This document shows, piece after piece, positions 11,509-23,674 of a stretch of 64,000 bases of DNA. Where the stretch lies: assembly GCA_004764695.1 (NCBI GenBank), contig SMSO01000034.1:4774001-4838000 (forward strand), in the 5' to 3' direction. This DNA is from Schizochytrium sp. TIO01. Its lineage: Eukaryota > Protista > Bigyra: Labyrinthulomycetes. The notes below the pieces were generated by a model. The model was not told where the DNA came from. It saw only the letters and a list, made by a program, of their open reading frames with translations, and did no database searches. Each line of letters opens with the position of its first letter. Positions within the stretch are counted from its first letter, which is position 1. The position numbers and the translations under genes are program-made.

Positions 11509-13569
11509 AGTGTCCTGGAGAAGTAGTTGTTTTCAATAATTTCGATAAAGTTCGAGGCTCAGCGACTTTCAAGCTTCCCCTTAACAAAATTGCACAATCA
11601 CAAGTATGCAAAACTCTTCGTTAGTAAAACGTTGTTATCTTGCTTGCAGGGTATATAGAATTTAGCAGCTTCTGAACTAGGGCGAGCACCTGTTTGCTTG
11701 TTCGTTTGGGTTTTGCTAATGCCAATGCACTCTCTTTCTTGCATTCGTGCATGCGTCACTCTTTACCGATGGACGTTCTCGGAATTGCATTTTTTTTAAA
11801 GCAGGGTACTATTACCTTGGTAATACTTCTTGTGGGGAAGGGTTTATACACGGTCAAATCTAGCCAGTCTGACAATTTGTTCATTCAGGTAGAAACATTA
11901 AAAACATTGTTTATTATTTTTCAGCACATAGACTCTATTGCATCAGTGCGCAACTTGAAAATATTCGAGAAGTGTGGTACGACAACTGGATGATGTGAAA
12001 GGCTAATCAATATTCTATGTTCTTTACTTCAGAAAACAGCTTTGTTGAGTTTTCAAGCCAACTGGGCTGGCTACCTTGAGAGAAAAAGTTCGCGGAAAAT
12101 TATATAAATAACATGTAATTATTTATAATACTAATTTCAAAGAAGTGCTTACCTACCTGTGCATGTCTTTGGTTTTCTAAAAAGCGCTCCCGATTTTTAA
12201 CGTGTCCCGGTTTGTAATTAAAAAAAAAAAAATTTAAAAAAAAATCCGACTCGGAGTCCCCAGACTTTTTTCAAAAATAACTATTTTGAAAACTGCCTCA
12301 ACAGTTCTATAGTTACAACTATTAGATCACTATAATCCTATAATATGAATTTTTTTTTTTTATTTTTTTAAATATACATATATAAATAAAAGTAAAAAAT
12401 TGATCGTGGCACACTGGTACTCACCTAAGAAAAAAAGATGGACACAATTTTTGTGAACACAGGGAATTGGTATTTCTTTCGTCTTAATTAAGAATACAGT
12501 AGGTATAAATGCGGTTCCTAATTTCCTGCTATTGTTTATATAGTAGCTTTTCCTACTTCGTCTGCATTAGGAACTAAACTCCTCCATCACTGGAGCCTGT
12601 TGTTTTCAAAAGAGAACAGTTTTGTCAGACAAGGTACATGTTACCGGCGTACTTCTTTTGCAAATCGTGCAAGTTAGTATGCCTTTCTCACGGTTTAAAA
12701 ATTCTCAATTCTCGAGGACCGACGCCAAAAAATATTGTTTTTTCGGAGTGGTTTGTATGCTGCCTCCAAAAATTGACTCTTCCTTGTGAAGTATATACAA
12801 ACCTAATCTTGAGATTAGTATACTGATGCCTTGAATTACCTCGGTTATTCTTAAAAGAATGTTCCGAGGTACTCCAGTAAGGTGCTCAACACAAAGTGCC
12901 GCCCAAAGACTTGCGATCTTTTAAATGAGCTTTTTCTTAGCATCTCTCGGTTTCGGATATATCAGAGTTTTAAAAAAGTGCGGCGCTGAAAGAAAACTGT
13001 ATCAGAATATTAAAATTCATTTGATTTTTAATTACATTCTCCCCCCGGCCCCTCCGTTCAAAGCCTGTCGATATCTTTACACTAAGGCAAGGCCTAGTGG
13101 AGAACCTGTAGGTAACAGGCATCGAGATATGATTGGCTTGTTCAATACAATAGATTGGGTCAGTGAATGGGCAATGGCGATGTCGTACCACGAATCACTA
13201 GTGATTGACCAATCAAAAGAAAAGTAATCGAGCATGCATCTATACATATAATTTTTTCAGGATGGAAATAAAATGATTCAAAGAGAGGTTCTGGGATGAC
13301 TTACTACAAGCGGAAGCTATGGGACAATCACTATAGATATAACACATACATGATACTGCTTTCTAAAGCTGAAATAAATCATAGCAATGTAAGGCAAGGC
13401 AAATAATAATTGAAAGAAAAGAAAAGCTAGCCTTCTGAACGATTTATGAGTTTCTATGCTAGATGTCGTGTTCTTCGTATCAAGAATCGAACATCGATGT
13501 CCTACAGACAAGAGGAACGCGAAGAATGAAATTTGCTTAAATCAGCGGATAAACAAGTCTCCAACCGGC

Positions 13570-16191
13570 TTATGCAGCAGCTGCAGGGTTACCAGCGACA
13601 AGAGCCGCACGGAAGTCAAGAGGGGCAAAAGCAATTCCGTCACCTTTGTAGAATTTGTTCTGGAACTCAACCCAGGCGAGACGAAGACTGTGCAGGAAGC
13701 ACTCGAGGTTGTCCATGCACATGAGCACAGCAAAAGTAATTGCGGCAAAGATAGCATAGCCAATGAATGCCATGATGACACCCATTGCAGAGTCATCCGG
13801 AAGCCAGTCGAGAAGAGCCTTCTCCAAAAAGACGGAGGCGAGCTGGGAGTGAGCAAGGGAAAGAGCCCAGAGACGCAGGTACGAGGCGGTGTTTGAAATG
13901 CAACCAAGGGTGAACTCGATAGTCTCGATCGCCTGGTGAATCCAAATGTCGCCTGCGGAGTGCTCCTCCTCGTTGTCATGCGGTTGAGCAGCAGGGTTAA
14001 GAGTTGCATCATCGTTGTTGTGGGCTTCGTCGCCAATCATGAGCTCGTTAGCCTCAAGAGAATCATGGCGAACATCACGAACACCGCGGTGTCCATGGTG
14101 CTCATGCATGCGTTTGATGAGGAAGTAAGGCTTGGGAATGAGCATGAGCGGTACCATGATCACGGCGAGCAAGAGGAGAAAGGCCTGGACGGAACCTTGG
14201 CCATCATAAAGACTCTCATCTTCCGGAACATTGCCGGGCTCAAGAGCGATGTTGATGAGAGTTGATAGCAGCGCCGGGGGGTTTTGGCAGTTGACACGCC
14301 CACAGTCCTTCTCAAGCCAGCCAAGAGACCACTTATAAAGGATGAGAAAGCACATGTAGCCAAAGAGTGCACCCATGAAGATGATCATGGGAAGAGCCTC
14401 AAACCACAAATCGAGGTTGTGAAACAGCCCACGATCCTGGAAATACAAAGCGTTGAACAGACGATGAAACAGACCCATCATCATATGGGTGACACCGAAG
14501 ATTACAGCCATCTTCATCTTAAGCGAGTTGAAGAAGAGAAGATCATTCTCAGCGCGGTGCCAGGTCGGGTCAACACCGAAAGGGTATGTCCAATCCGGAT
14601 TCGGTGTAAAGTGGATGGTCTCACTACCAGTAGCACTGGTCTCCTCAATCCATTTGGACGGCCAGAGACGCAGACCCATAGCAAACCAATCGTTGTAAAT
14701 GAAACCACAGTAGGTGGCAAATAATCCCATGAGGATCAAGATGTAACGACCACCAAATACCATGTCAGCAAGTTCGTTCTGACCAACCATCTTACCGAAC
14801 TCTTTCTCCTTGAAGACAATGTAGCATGCAAAAATCAGCAGAAGCACACCATGGCCGATATCACCAAACATGACACCGAAAAAGAACGGAAAGGTGATCA
14901 CAGTAGTCAATGCAGGGTTGGCCTCATGGTAGCGCGGTACACCATAGGTATCAACAATGCCCTGGAATACAGAGGTGAACTTGTTGGTACGAAAGAAGGT
15001 CGGGGGTGATGAGGGCCACTCGGACTCTGGGATCACAGTCACGGAGCTGGGCATCGCCTGAGAGGTAGCGGACTCTGCATGAGCACGGGCGACCATTTCA
15101 GCAACCTCCTCTCGCTTCGTAGCGATTACCCAACCTTCTCCGCGCAAAACACCAGCAACGTCAGCCGCAAAGTGGTTCATAGTGTGATAGATGGACTTCT
15201 CACGCATGGCAATCCACTTCCAGACCTCAAGGTACTGGGCTACCTCAGAGAGCAAGGCCTTAATGTCAGCCTCGTTCTTGTGCAACACACGTGCACGGTC
15301 CTGGATGTCTTCGTGAACCTCACGAAGGCGATCCTCGATTGCCGCAACGTTACTGAGGTCAGGAATCTGGTGGAGACGTGCCTCAAAGGCATCGCAAATA
15401 CGGCGAATCTTTTGCTCGATGTAAGGAGCCTGGAAGAAGACGATGAAGACATCCTTCATCATTACCTCTCCAGTTTCGACGTTCTTGATCGTGTCATCAT
15501 CAATATCATAGAAACGCATAAGGCAGTTACCACGGGTGCTGCGGAATACCATGCGTTCGAAACGGTTGCGGTTCTCGCGAGATACCACACCAGCAATAAA
15601 TCGGAACCGAAGAGCATCTTCATAAACGGCCCCAGTCTCGAGGTTGCCTCCGCTGACCTCAACACTTTGAGCATCGAAAGTGGCATCAGTCACATTCTCC
15701 TGCGCGTACATTTTGGCCTGCTGAAGGACGTGGCGAAGCTCAATCTGAGAGTAGTACTCACTGCTGAGGGTCGAGTTGTACATGTTGAGCTGTACAAGCT
15801 CGGACTCTTTCTCCTCGACGTGGTTCTCGAGGTTGTCCATGTAGTTCATCGGCTGACGGGAAACCTCGCCATCAGATCCTTGGCGCTGGTCCAGGCGATC
15901 CAAAAAGGCGTCGACACTCGGACTGCCGATCGCCGGGATCTCAAAGCGACGGAGCTGCTCATCGAGGTAGCGAAGCTTACGTTCCACTTGGTCGCATCGC
16001 TGGACCTCATTCACATACCGGCGTTGGAAAAGGGTCTGGTCGCCATTCAGATCAGTGAACTGCACAGCACCCATTCGGCCAACTTGCGACAGTACACGGT
16101 GGGCACAGTCCTCCTGAAGCACAATGTTAATGTACTCCATGTCCGCAGAGCGGAACCATGCTTGCACGCCGCCAATATCTTCGCCGCTCAT
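13570..16191 (-). CDS. V-type H+-ATPase V0 subunit a (Vph1/Stv1-like), 873 aa
   Basis: Motifs FRSADM, QFTDLN, PPTFFRTNKFT..FQGIVDTYG, FPFFFGVMFGDIGHG, NSLKMKMA, HQAIETIEFTLGCISNTASYLRLWALSLAH and LHSLRLAWVEFQNKFY. Confidence 0.98.
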   Translation of the reverse strand: MSGEDIGGVQAWFRSADMEYINIVLQEDCAHRVLSQVGRMGAVQFTDLNGDQTLFQRRYVNEVQRCDQVERKLRYLDEQLRRFEIPAIGSPSVDAFLDRLDQRQGSDGEVSRQPMNYMDNLENHVEEKESELVQLNMYNSTLSSEYYSQIELRHVLQQAKMYAQENVTDATFDAQSVEVSGGNLETGAVYEDALRFRFIAGVVSRENRNRFERMVFRSTRGNCLMRFYDIDDDTIKNVETGEVMMKDVFIVFFQAPYIEQKIRRICDAFEARLHQIPDLSNVAAIEDRLREVHEDIQDRARVLHKNEADIKALLSEVAQYLEVWKWIAMREKSIYHTMNHFAADVAGVLRGEGWVIATKREEVAEMVARAHAESATSQAMPSSVTVIPESEWPSSPPTFFRTNKFTSVFQGIVDTYGVPRYHEANPALTTVITFPFFFGVMFGDIGHGVLLLIFACYIVFKEKEFGKMVGQNELADMVFGGRYILILMGLFATYCGFIYNDWFAMGLRLWPSKWIEETSATGSETIHFTPNPDWTYPFGVDPTWHRAENDLLFFNSLKMKMAVIFGVTHMMMGLFHRLFNALYFQDRGLFHNLDLWFEALPMIIFMGALFGYMCFLILYKWSLGWLEKDCGRVNCQNPPALLSTLINIALEPGNVPEDESLYDGQGSVQAFLLLLAVIMVPLMLIPKPYFLIKRMHEHHGHRGVRDVRHDSLEANELMIGDEAHNNDDATLNPAAQPHDNEEEHSAGDIWIHQAIETIEFTLGCISNTASYLRLWALSLAHSQLASVFLEKALLDWLPDDSAMGVIMAFIGYAIFAAITFAVLMCMDNLECFLHSLRLAWVEFQNKFYKGDGIAFAPLDFRAALVAGNPAAAA

Positions 16192-17452
16192 GGTGCTTGG
16201 AGGGTAATCAGAAGATCTCTTCTAGCCTGAGTTAACTTCGTGGACCAAGAAACTCACGACGAAAGCGTGAACCTGGGCAAGAGAGTGATTCTCCGCTCTG
16301 CGTAAAGATCACGTAGCGCAGCAGAAGGAGGGACCTTGCTGGGGCGTTGAGGCGGAGCTAGCCGGCCACCGTCACGAAGCCGATGAAGCGGCGCCGCGCA
16401 GGAAACCAGGTCGCGGCGCGAGCCACGCAGGGAAGGAACGGGAAGGAGGGTCGCCGAAGGCCCTCGCGCACGACCAATATCGGCGCAGACACAGGGAGCG
16501 AGCGAGCGAGGGGTCGGAGGGGTCTACCGCCGCCTTTTTGCTCGTGGCTGGCTGCTTTCAAGGCTACTTATTATTAGATAGATTTATTCGTCATTATTCA
16601 TTTATTTATTTGAATACTAGTACCACACTACATAGGTTTATAGTTAGTAACTTGTAGATACTACTCAATTAGTCACTTGATAGATCATTATTTTAAAATA
16701 GAATAGAATAGATGAACGACTCTATATAATAAAAGACTACAAATAGGCTTCATAGTAGTCTTTTCTTTTTAATAATGTATCTATGGGAGAAGCGATAGAA
16801 GAGTAAGAAGGTCCGTCACTGAAAGATCTCCTCACGGGGAAAGTCAATTTTGAGCAGAGGAAAGGTGCAGTGTCTTGAAGAAGGCAGGGATGCACAACAG
16901 TTCCTTTTTGATGATTTTTGGATCATGATGCTCGCCATCTATAGGTGATTGTGGGCTATGAGGAGGGAGTATTCATGATGTGCCAGAAAGTAGATAAACA
17001 TATGAATTGAATACTATAGTTTGGACGTTACAGGCTATTATGGCGTTCTACATCAAGTTCTCTGTCTGCCAACTTTGCTCATAAATTGTGAGCAAAGCTG
17101 CTAGGTTCTGCAATATTCGATTCTGTGAAAAAAAAAAAAAAAATGAAAGAAGAAAGCTTAGCTATTACCAACAAAAATGAAAATGCCAATTGTAGAGCAA
17201 AGTGTTCCTCCGACACAATAGCAAGCCTATATCCCATGTAATCAATATCAAACCTATATCCCATGTAATCACCCCTGGGATTTGAAATATGCTGAAGATT
17301 TGAGACAATTGTGCTGGCAAATACAATGTTGTTAGGTGTGAATTTAGAAAAGACATGTACCTTGTTAAGAAATTATTATCCTTCAACGCTTATTAATAAA
17401 TTAAAGTAGGAATTTCAAAATAGAACCTTATCGACTACGATACATCAATGGG

Positions 17453-19276
17453 TTACGTAGAGGCTCCATTGAGGTCTAGCATGCCCCGGCCAAGAGCTTG
17501 GAGCCCTTCGCGAAGGTAAATCCAACGACCATGAAATTTCCAAGCTTCGGGAGACGTCTTTAACATGGACATGACTACTTCTCGCGAGAGGAAGACCATC
17601 TCTGTATATGTGAGGAACCCTACACTAGTTAGAGGAACACGAGCTGGGTGAGTACTTTCAAGAAGGACCTGTCCTGCCCCGATCGTCGAATCAGTTGTGA
17701 GGGTACGCAGAGCAGACACACGACGCCCTGTGCTGTCATAATGTGCTCGAAGTGCAGACCCAAGTCTCATGATATAAATTCCACGCTCCAAATCAGATGT
17801 CTGAGAGCTATAGATACATAACGATTCGCCAGGCGAGAAATCAACAAGTTGACAAGAGGTGGCCGCCTCCATCAAGGCCGAAAGATGCATGTACTCACGT
17901 CTTAGGTATGGGACCACACAAATACTATCTTCCATTAGCGCCAAAGCAGCACCCGCGCGCAGCTCGGGTGGCAGCATTCCAAGGATTGAGTATGTTTCAT
18001 CCATTGTACTTCGTGACGAATCATGGCTTCCGTTCCCTCGGAGACTTTTAATACGAATATAATCACGAATTCGTTCGGCGAGAGCTGAGTTTTTATCCCA
18101 TTTTGTTTCCTCTGTAGTTAATACCTTGTTCATATGAGCCCCCAAGCTACCCGCTGGTAGTATGCTTCGACGTTTTTGAGGGAAATGCGAAATAAGGTGA
18201 TTTGCGGCATCCATCCTTGTTCGAAAAGCTTCATCCTCAGCCTGAAGCGAAGCCGCAATATTAACAGTACTACCAACTACGTAAGCCCAGCAAAGTCCTG
18301 CAAGTAGCATTAGAATGGAAGCAATCCACCATTCCACTGGTGTATATGGTGATAAGGTACCGTATCCAATACTTGTGAGCGTCTGAATTGACCAAAAGAG
18401 TGCCAATACGTATCGATCAAAACTGTTCTCCCAGCCGATTGGATTAATACCAGACGTATTGTTGGCATCCCAGCTGCTAATCCAATTGTCTGAGTTCCCG
18501 AGGGCATCACCAAAGCCTCCTGCCTCGCAAAGTGCCACAAAGACCCAGAAGCAAGCTAGCCAGTGGCTGACCAAGGTCAAAACAAAGAGAAACCACAACA
18601 GTTGCAGGTAGCTCGATTTAATTCGGGAACGGATGTTCATGGCTAGCTCTGAGTGTTTCAAGATATCGTTCGCACGTGCCAAACGAGCAAACTTGAGGAC
18701 CTCAATTATCTTTAGTAAGATCAACCACTCCTGACCCATTTCGGTGACCATAGAAAGATCTGTGATATGCCGCGTATAAACCGTAAATATTAGCGTGCTT
18801 GGGAAGCATGAGATAAGATTGAGTAGAAACTTGCCTCGAAGATAACGTCGCTGAATTTGGCGCAGGTCAAGCTGTAGGTGACCTCGCTTGTCATAAAATG
18901 ACCTGAAAAAGTAAAGAAAGGTATCGACGAAAAAAATACCATTCATAAAAAGTGTCACTGCAAACCACGCGTCGTTTACGATTAAGTAATAGCCTCCACT
19001 TACACCGATTTGATAAGGTAAGGAGAAGGACAGAATGAATAGAGCCCAAAGCATGAGTCCATCCCACCAACGTATCCACTTATTTGTGGGGAAAATTATC
19101 CATTTAGGATGCTTTGCCTCAAACTGTTTCCTTGTGCGTTCTACAATCACCTGTGCATTACTTCTGTGACCTCTCTCTAGGCTGTCGGTGTTGTCATTCA
19201 CAACATATTTACCGGACGTCAGCTCTGTTTCTTCGTCGACTTGGCCATCGTCCTTGTCCCCGTCCCGTGCCGCCAT
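17453..19276 (-). CDS. Voltage-gated, cyclic-nucleotide-binding-domain K+ channel (KCNH/AKT/HCN-like)
   Basis: Six TM segments, S4-like LKFARLAR, HWLACFW, pore helix and filter LFWSIQTLTSIGYG, C-linker (RIRDY; LPPELR) and a degenerate CNBD. The first ATG in frame is at 19276. Confidence 0.9.
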   Translation of the reverse strand: MAARDGDKDDGQVDEETELTSGKYVVNDNTDSLERGHRSNAQVIVERTRKQFEAKHPKWIIFPTNKWIRWWDGLMLWALFILSFSLPYQIGVSGGYYLIVNDAWFAVTLFMNGIFFVDTFLYFFRSFYDKRGHLQLDLRQIQRRYLRGKFLLNLISCFPSTLIFTVYTRHITDLSMVTEMGQEWLILLKIIEVLKFARLARANDILKHSELAMNIRSRIKSSYLQLLWFLFVLTLVSHWLACFWVFVALCEAGGFGDALGNSDNWISSWDANNTSGINPIGWENSFDRYVLALFWSIQTLTSIGYGTLSPYTPVEWWIASILMLLAGLCWAYVVGSTVNIAASLQAEDEAFRTRMDAANHLISHFPQKRRSILPAGSLGAHMNKVLTTEETKWDKNSALAERIRDYIRIKSLRGNGSHDSSRSTMDETYSILGMLPPELRAGAALALMEDSICVVPYLRREYMHLSALMEAATSCQLVDFSPGESLCIYSSQTSDLERGIYIMRLGSALRAHYDSTGRRVSALRTLTTDSTIGAGQVLLESTHPARVPLTSVGFLTYTEMVFLSREVVMSMLKTSPEAWKFHGRWIYLREGLQALGRGMLDLNGAST

Positions 19277-19987
19277 TCTCAACAGCACTCAAGAAGTGCG
19301 CTATCTACGTGCGCGCACGCTTTACAACGCAAACCCGTGGGAAGTGGCTATAAGCCTCCACTGTCAGGAATAATCTTTTGCCGTTTGCGTTGAAGCAGTT
19401 CCTCAAATTGGTTTCGTGACTGATACGAAGCTAGATTGATCTGGTGTCCCTGCAGGTGCATGTTGGGGATACTGGTAGTTCTACTAGCATCAATTATAAG
19501 CACACAAAAAAGAATCTCAAATTGTATGTATGTAGGTGCCTAGTAAATAGGTAAATTAGGAAACTAAGTGAATTAAGTAGGTATGTTTTTTGTTTGTTTT
19601 TTCAGTGATGAAAGGTTCCAACTAGTAAATGTCTACCTACGATTCTCAACAGGCAGAGGCCACACTTGCTAATCCTTTTACTTGGGTCAAAACTCAAGTC
19701 AAAGCCTTCTTTTAATACCGCACGCAAATAACAACATCAACATCACACTTTAACGAAAATAGAGAAAAGAGAACATAATTATAGTCATTCATTGCAACAT
19801 GCAGGAACGTACTCTCGAAGCAGCGGGCCATGGCAGCAAAGGATGCAGATTTGTTTGATGAATAAATGAGACAAACTATATGTTGTGAAGAGGTGGGAAT
19901 GGACTGTTAGATCTTTGGTTCATTTTGCTTTGTTTTTGTCGAATGATTTTGTACGGTTGGTTGGTTGATTAGAGAGACAGAGTAACT

Positions 19988-21199
19988 TTATCGACGGCCG
20001 CGGCCACGACCGCGCTTAACACCACGACCACGTTGAGCACCGGCCTTGCGCTTGAATCCAACTGCAGCAGAATTTGCAGAACCCTCCTTGGGTTTGAAGA
20101 AACTTTCAAGACGAGACTGAGAAGTTTGCGACTTGCTCTTTTCGAGGCGCTCCAGTGCGGCCTTGACGCGCTTTTCATCAAAACCCTTCTCATCCACAAG
20201 AAACTTGAGAAGCTTGTCCTTTTGCACAGAGTCAAACTTGAATTCGACAGTGTTGCCGTCGGTGACATCAGGGGTTTTAAACATGCCGCGAATCTGGTCA
20301 AGGTTATCCTTGAGCGAGCTCGGAATGTCGTACTTTCCTTCCTTTTCGATTGCCTCCAAAGCCTTATCAAGAGATTTGTGATCACGAATGTACTTGAGTG
20401 CCTTCTTGGGGCCGATTCCTTTAATGTTGGAGCAGTAATCACAACCGCACAGGATACACAGGTCGATAAACTGGTCCATGTCAAGCTCCAGCTGGGCCAA
20501 TACTTTGTCAAGGTGCACTTCCACAACTGGCTGATTCTGAGAGTCCGGAAGAGTCAAGCGACGGAGCAGAATGGGTGCGCCAAAGGTAAGTGCATCCATA
20601 TCTTCAGTTGCAGCCGCGAACACCTTGCCCTTTGCAGCAAGCTCTGCGCACTGGGCCTCAGCTTCACCTGGGGCCAGAATCACTGGGAGGCCCATAAGGC
20701 GTAAAAGCTTTTGCACATCTGTGTTGTGTTCACGCGTTACACGGGTGGTGCGTTTAGATGCCTTTTCGATTTCGAGTTGCGCAGCCTCGAGCTCTTCTTT
20801 GGTCTTGTCCTGCTCAGTGGCATCAGCGTGAGCAGCTTGGGCTTTGGCAAGGTCCGCTTCTGCCTTGGCCTTTAACTCTTTTCGTTTGGCAATTTCGTCG
20901 CTCTTAAGCTCGGGGGCCTTGCCGTCAAAAACGAAAACCGGCTTCAGACCCTTTTGTAAAAGGTTGATGGTGCGGTAAAAGAAACCATTGATGTGCGAGG
21001 TCACCTCACCAGCTTCGTTCATAAGATGCTGGGCAGGAGCACCTCCTTGACCTGCAGTTCGAACCATCACTAAAAAGGCATACATTTGCATAGAGGCGTC
21101 GATTGCCACGGTGCGGCCCATGTAGTTGGCCTTTTCAGCCTCCTTGTAGCACCCTGGTGCCTCCTCATCGAGCAGCTTCATGAGTTGCTTGATGCCCAT
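19988..21199 (-). CDS. FEN1: Flap endonuclease 1
   Basis: MGIKQL start, AIDAS, FVFDGKAP, EAEAQCA, TEDMDALTFG, LCGCDY..IKGIGPK (H3TH), PIP box QSRLESFF and a basic C-tail. Confidence 0.98.
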   Translation of the reverse strand: MGIKQLMKLLDEEAPGCYKEAEKANYMGRTVAIDASMQMYAFLVMVRTAGQGGAPAQHLMNEAGEVTSHINGFFYRTINLLQKGLKPVFVFDGKAPELKSDEIAKRKELKAKAEADLAKAQAAHADATEQDKTKEELEAAQLEIEKASKRTTRVTREHNTDVQKLLRLMGLPVILAPGEAEAQCAELAAKGKVFAAATEDMDALTFGAPILLRRLTLPDSQNQPVVEVHLDKVLAQLELDMDQFIDLCILCGCDYCSNIKGIGPKKALKYIRDHKSLDKALEAIEKEGKYDIPSSLKDNLDQIRGMFKTPDVTDGNTVEFKFDSVQKDKLLKFLVDEKGFDEKRVKAALERLEKSKSQTSQSRLESFFKPKEGSANSAAVGFKRKAGAQRGRGVKRGRGRGRR

Positions 21200-21712
21200 C
21201 TTGCCCTTCCCACTCAGAAAACAGTACCTCCAGCTGCTGCTTTTCTCTATCAACTCTATCCACGTCAACTTTCGTTCTCACGTTTTCTCAAGAAACCTCT
21301 CTTGACGTTGAGTTACGCAACTGCACAGCACTCATAGCTCCAGCGTCGAAAGGACTTCTTCTCTGATGATAGGCTAGTTTGAAGAAGAATCAATGTGGTG
21401 GTTATGTTTTCTATTTGGTAGATAGTATTCTGGTAGAGCGATATTTGTCATATATCTCTTGATTTTCTTCTACTAGTCAAAGTTACTTTCTGCAACAACA
21501 TCGAGAATATCCATTACCAACTACCTCTATGGTATAATATTAGTATGATATTATTAATAGTATATATTGTACCTAGTCGTTCTTTCCAATGATCACCGGA
21601 ATCCCGTTGCTCTCTTATCCAAGCAGACTCGAGCGCGGGTGCCCGTCGCCGGTGTTTGCATACCTCTTCGGCGCTAAGCTGAGGTCGCGTGTTGTGCCGT
21701 TCTTTACGGACG

Positions 21713-21836
21713 ATGCCTGGGTCCCCAAAGCGGCGCGTGAGCACGCACGAGCACATGAATCCCGACGCCATGGTGACTTCGACACCAGCGATGGCAACAA
21801 GTGCACCTGGCATGGCGGAGACATCTGGCGGTCGCA

Positions 21837-21868
<32 letters not shown>

Positions 21869-22573
21869 AGTAGCGATGTACCTGCCGGTGTGGATACCTT
21901 GGCTATTCAGGAACTAGCAGCTGCGATGGAATTAGCACGGCCTTACTTCGAGCGCGTGGAAACGAAGCTTGTATTACGCAGACTTGTGCACTCCATGGTG
22001 CCCATGCACCGTGCCACTGTAGCTCTCATTGCTGACCCAGACCTCTTTGGTCCACTCATGATTGTTGCAACCGAGGCTCTGCTCTTGCAAACTGCAGGTT
22101 TTTCTCTTCTCGCTGGTATCTTGATTGCAGTCTTTTACTGGATTGGTCTTTCAGGAGGTCTCTACATTGCTCTTAAAAGGATTCTTCACGAGTTTAGTCC
22201 AATCGCAATCTCAGCTGACGGTGGTTCACCTCTAAGTCATGACGAAGAAACAGGTTTTGGGAGCGAAGATGAAGGGATAGGAGCGACGCGACAAATCTAT
22301 CAGAGACCTCTGCGGCTGGACCAACTTCTCTGTGTTTGTGGGTATGGAAGTTTTGCCCATTGCCTTCTGCTAGGGCTAACGTCGGCAGGAAGTGGAATGT
22401 TTATGATCTTGTGTAAACTTTGTGTGCTTCTTTCGAGCAGCGCATGTGTAGCCCTGGTGGTGTTTCGCAGCTTGTCGGTCTTGACGAATAACCAAGTTGC
22501 AGCCCTTGTTGGAGTTGCCGTCATCCTAATGCACGGACTTATATGGCCAATAGGTGTCGGACGCTTCCCGTGA
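21713..22573 (+). CDS. Yip1-family (YIPF) Golgi/ER membrane protein
   Basis: Motifs RPYF, PDLFGPLMIV and LLCVCGYG with ~5 hydrophobic segments. It is divergent from FEN1. Confidence 0.8.
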
Positions 22574-23240
22574 ACTAGCCTGCAATTAGCCTTGGCTCGC
22601 GAAATATGACTGGTGAACCTTCTTAGAGGTCATGTATGTCTTTGTATTGATAAACAGCTACGCGAAAATGTCCTTGTACTTTTCTTCATTTGATCGAATA
22701 TATTTGTTTTACAATTTTTCAGAATTATCCACTTGCTTCTCATAGATTTAATGTGTCTTTTTGTTAAAGTCTAGGTATAGTGATGTGGCATTTTGTATCT
22801 GATAGAATAATGAAGAAAGTATATTTTTCTTGAGTCCCTTGTTTTTTGTTTGACAAAGCCGACTCAAAGCAACTATGTAAATACTCGTGTTTTCTGGACT
22901 TCAATTATAGTTAGTCTCTATTGGAGATAGCGTGCAGGATGGATACGGCCGTGCAAAGCGAAACGCACGGGGTGTTGTAAAACACCTTCGTGAAGTGAAA
23001 TCCGCTTATTGGTCAAATATCCCATTTACTCAAAATAAAAGACATTAGCAAAGAAAAATTTAACTTGAAGTTCACATCAATTTCTCACAAGAAAATCTTC
23101 GGAGTGCGCAAACAATTACAGCTCATGGAAAGACTTAAGTCAATCTGGAACTGCAATGGAATTATTGCAAGTCCAAGCATAAAAGAGTGAAAAAAAAAGA
23201 TGCTATACAAAGCGACCTAGGGATCCAGACATCCCCAATT

Positions 23241-23345
23241 CGTGCGACGAGGAATTGAACCTCGAGACCTCGTTTGAACGATTGCTTAATGTCGAACCCT
23301 TTACGGGATTCATGAGAACGAGGCGCTGACCTTCAGCACCGCACG
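23241..23345 (-). ncRNA. Non-canonical tRNA-like RNA, copy 1 (105 nt)
   Basis: Acceptor CGTGCGG/TCGCACG; 1-nt connector; D-arm GCTG-AAGGT-CAGC; 7-bp stem CCTCGTT/AACGAGG enclosing a 42-nt insert; 3-nt variable loop; T-arm CGAGG-TTCAATT-CCTCG. TTTATAA lies ~25-31 nt upstream and T9 (23190-23198) lies downstream. Confidence 0.75.
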
Positions 23346-23569
23346 TGATTCTTCTGAGTAGCAGACCACTTATAAACCTCAGCAATTACACGTACATAAT
23401 ATCTCAATAATAAACAAACTTCCTGCACTTTGAAGAGTGGTTAGGAACTGTTTGAGAACTCAAAAAGAGTGAACCCGGAACTTCAATGGAATTGTTGCAA
23501 ATCTAAGCATGAAAGAAGAAAAAAAAAGATGCTATACAAAGCGACCTAGAGATCCAGACATCCCCAATT

Positions 23570-23674
23570 CGTGCGACGAGGAATTGAACCTCGAGACCTC
23601 GTTTGAACGATTGCTTAGTGTCGAACCCTTAACGGGATCCATGAGAACGAGGCGCTGACCTTCAGCACCGCACG
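23570..23674 (-). ncRNA. Non-canonical tRNA-like RNA, copy 2
   Basis: Same as copy 1. The substitutions fall in the insert and trailer and keep their hairpins through G-U pairs. Confidence 0.75.

Noticed and set aside
13456-16230. Long + strand ORFs (e.g. 383 aa at 15079-16230), and similar ones over FEN1 and the 5340-6587 gene
   Set aside because: They are antisense shadows produced by the codon bias of the real minus-strand genes.
22915-23010. U6/U6atac snRNA (CAGGATGGA, TTCGTGAAG fragments)
   Set aside because: It lacks the ACAGAGA/AAGGAGA box and the AGC-ISL arrangement.
23241-23345. Calling the element tRNA-Sec or a standard tRNA-Met
   Set aside because: It lacks the long variable arm and extended acceptor/T geometry of tRNA-Sec. 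The D-arm is non-standard, and the anticodon register is not conserved in the paralogue at 24504-24592.
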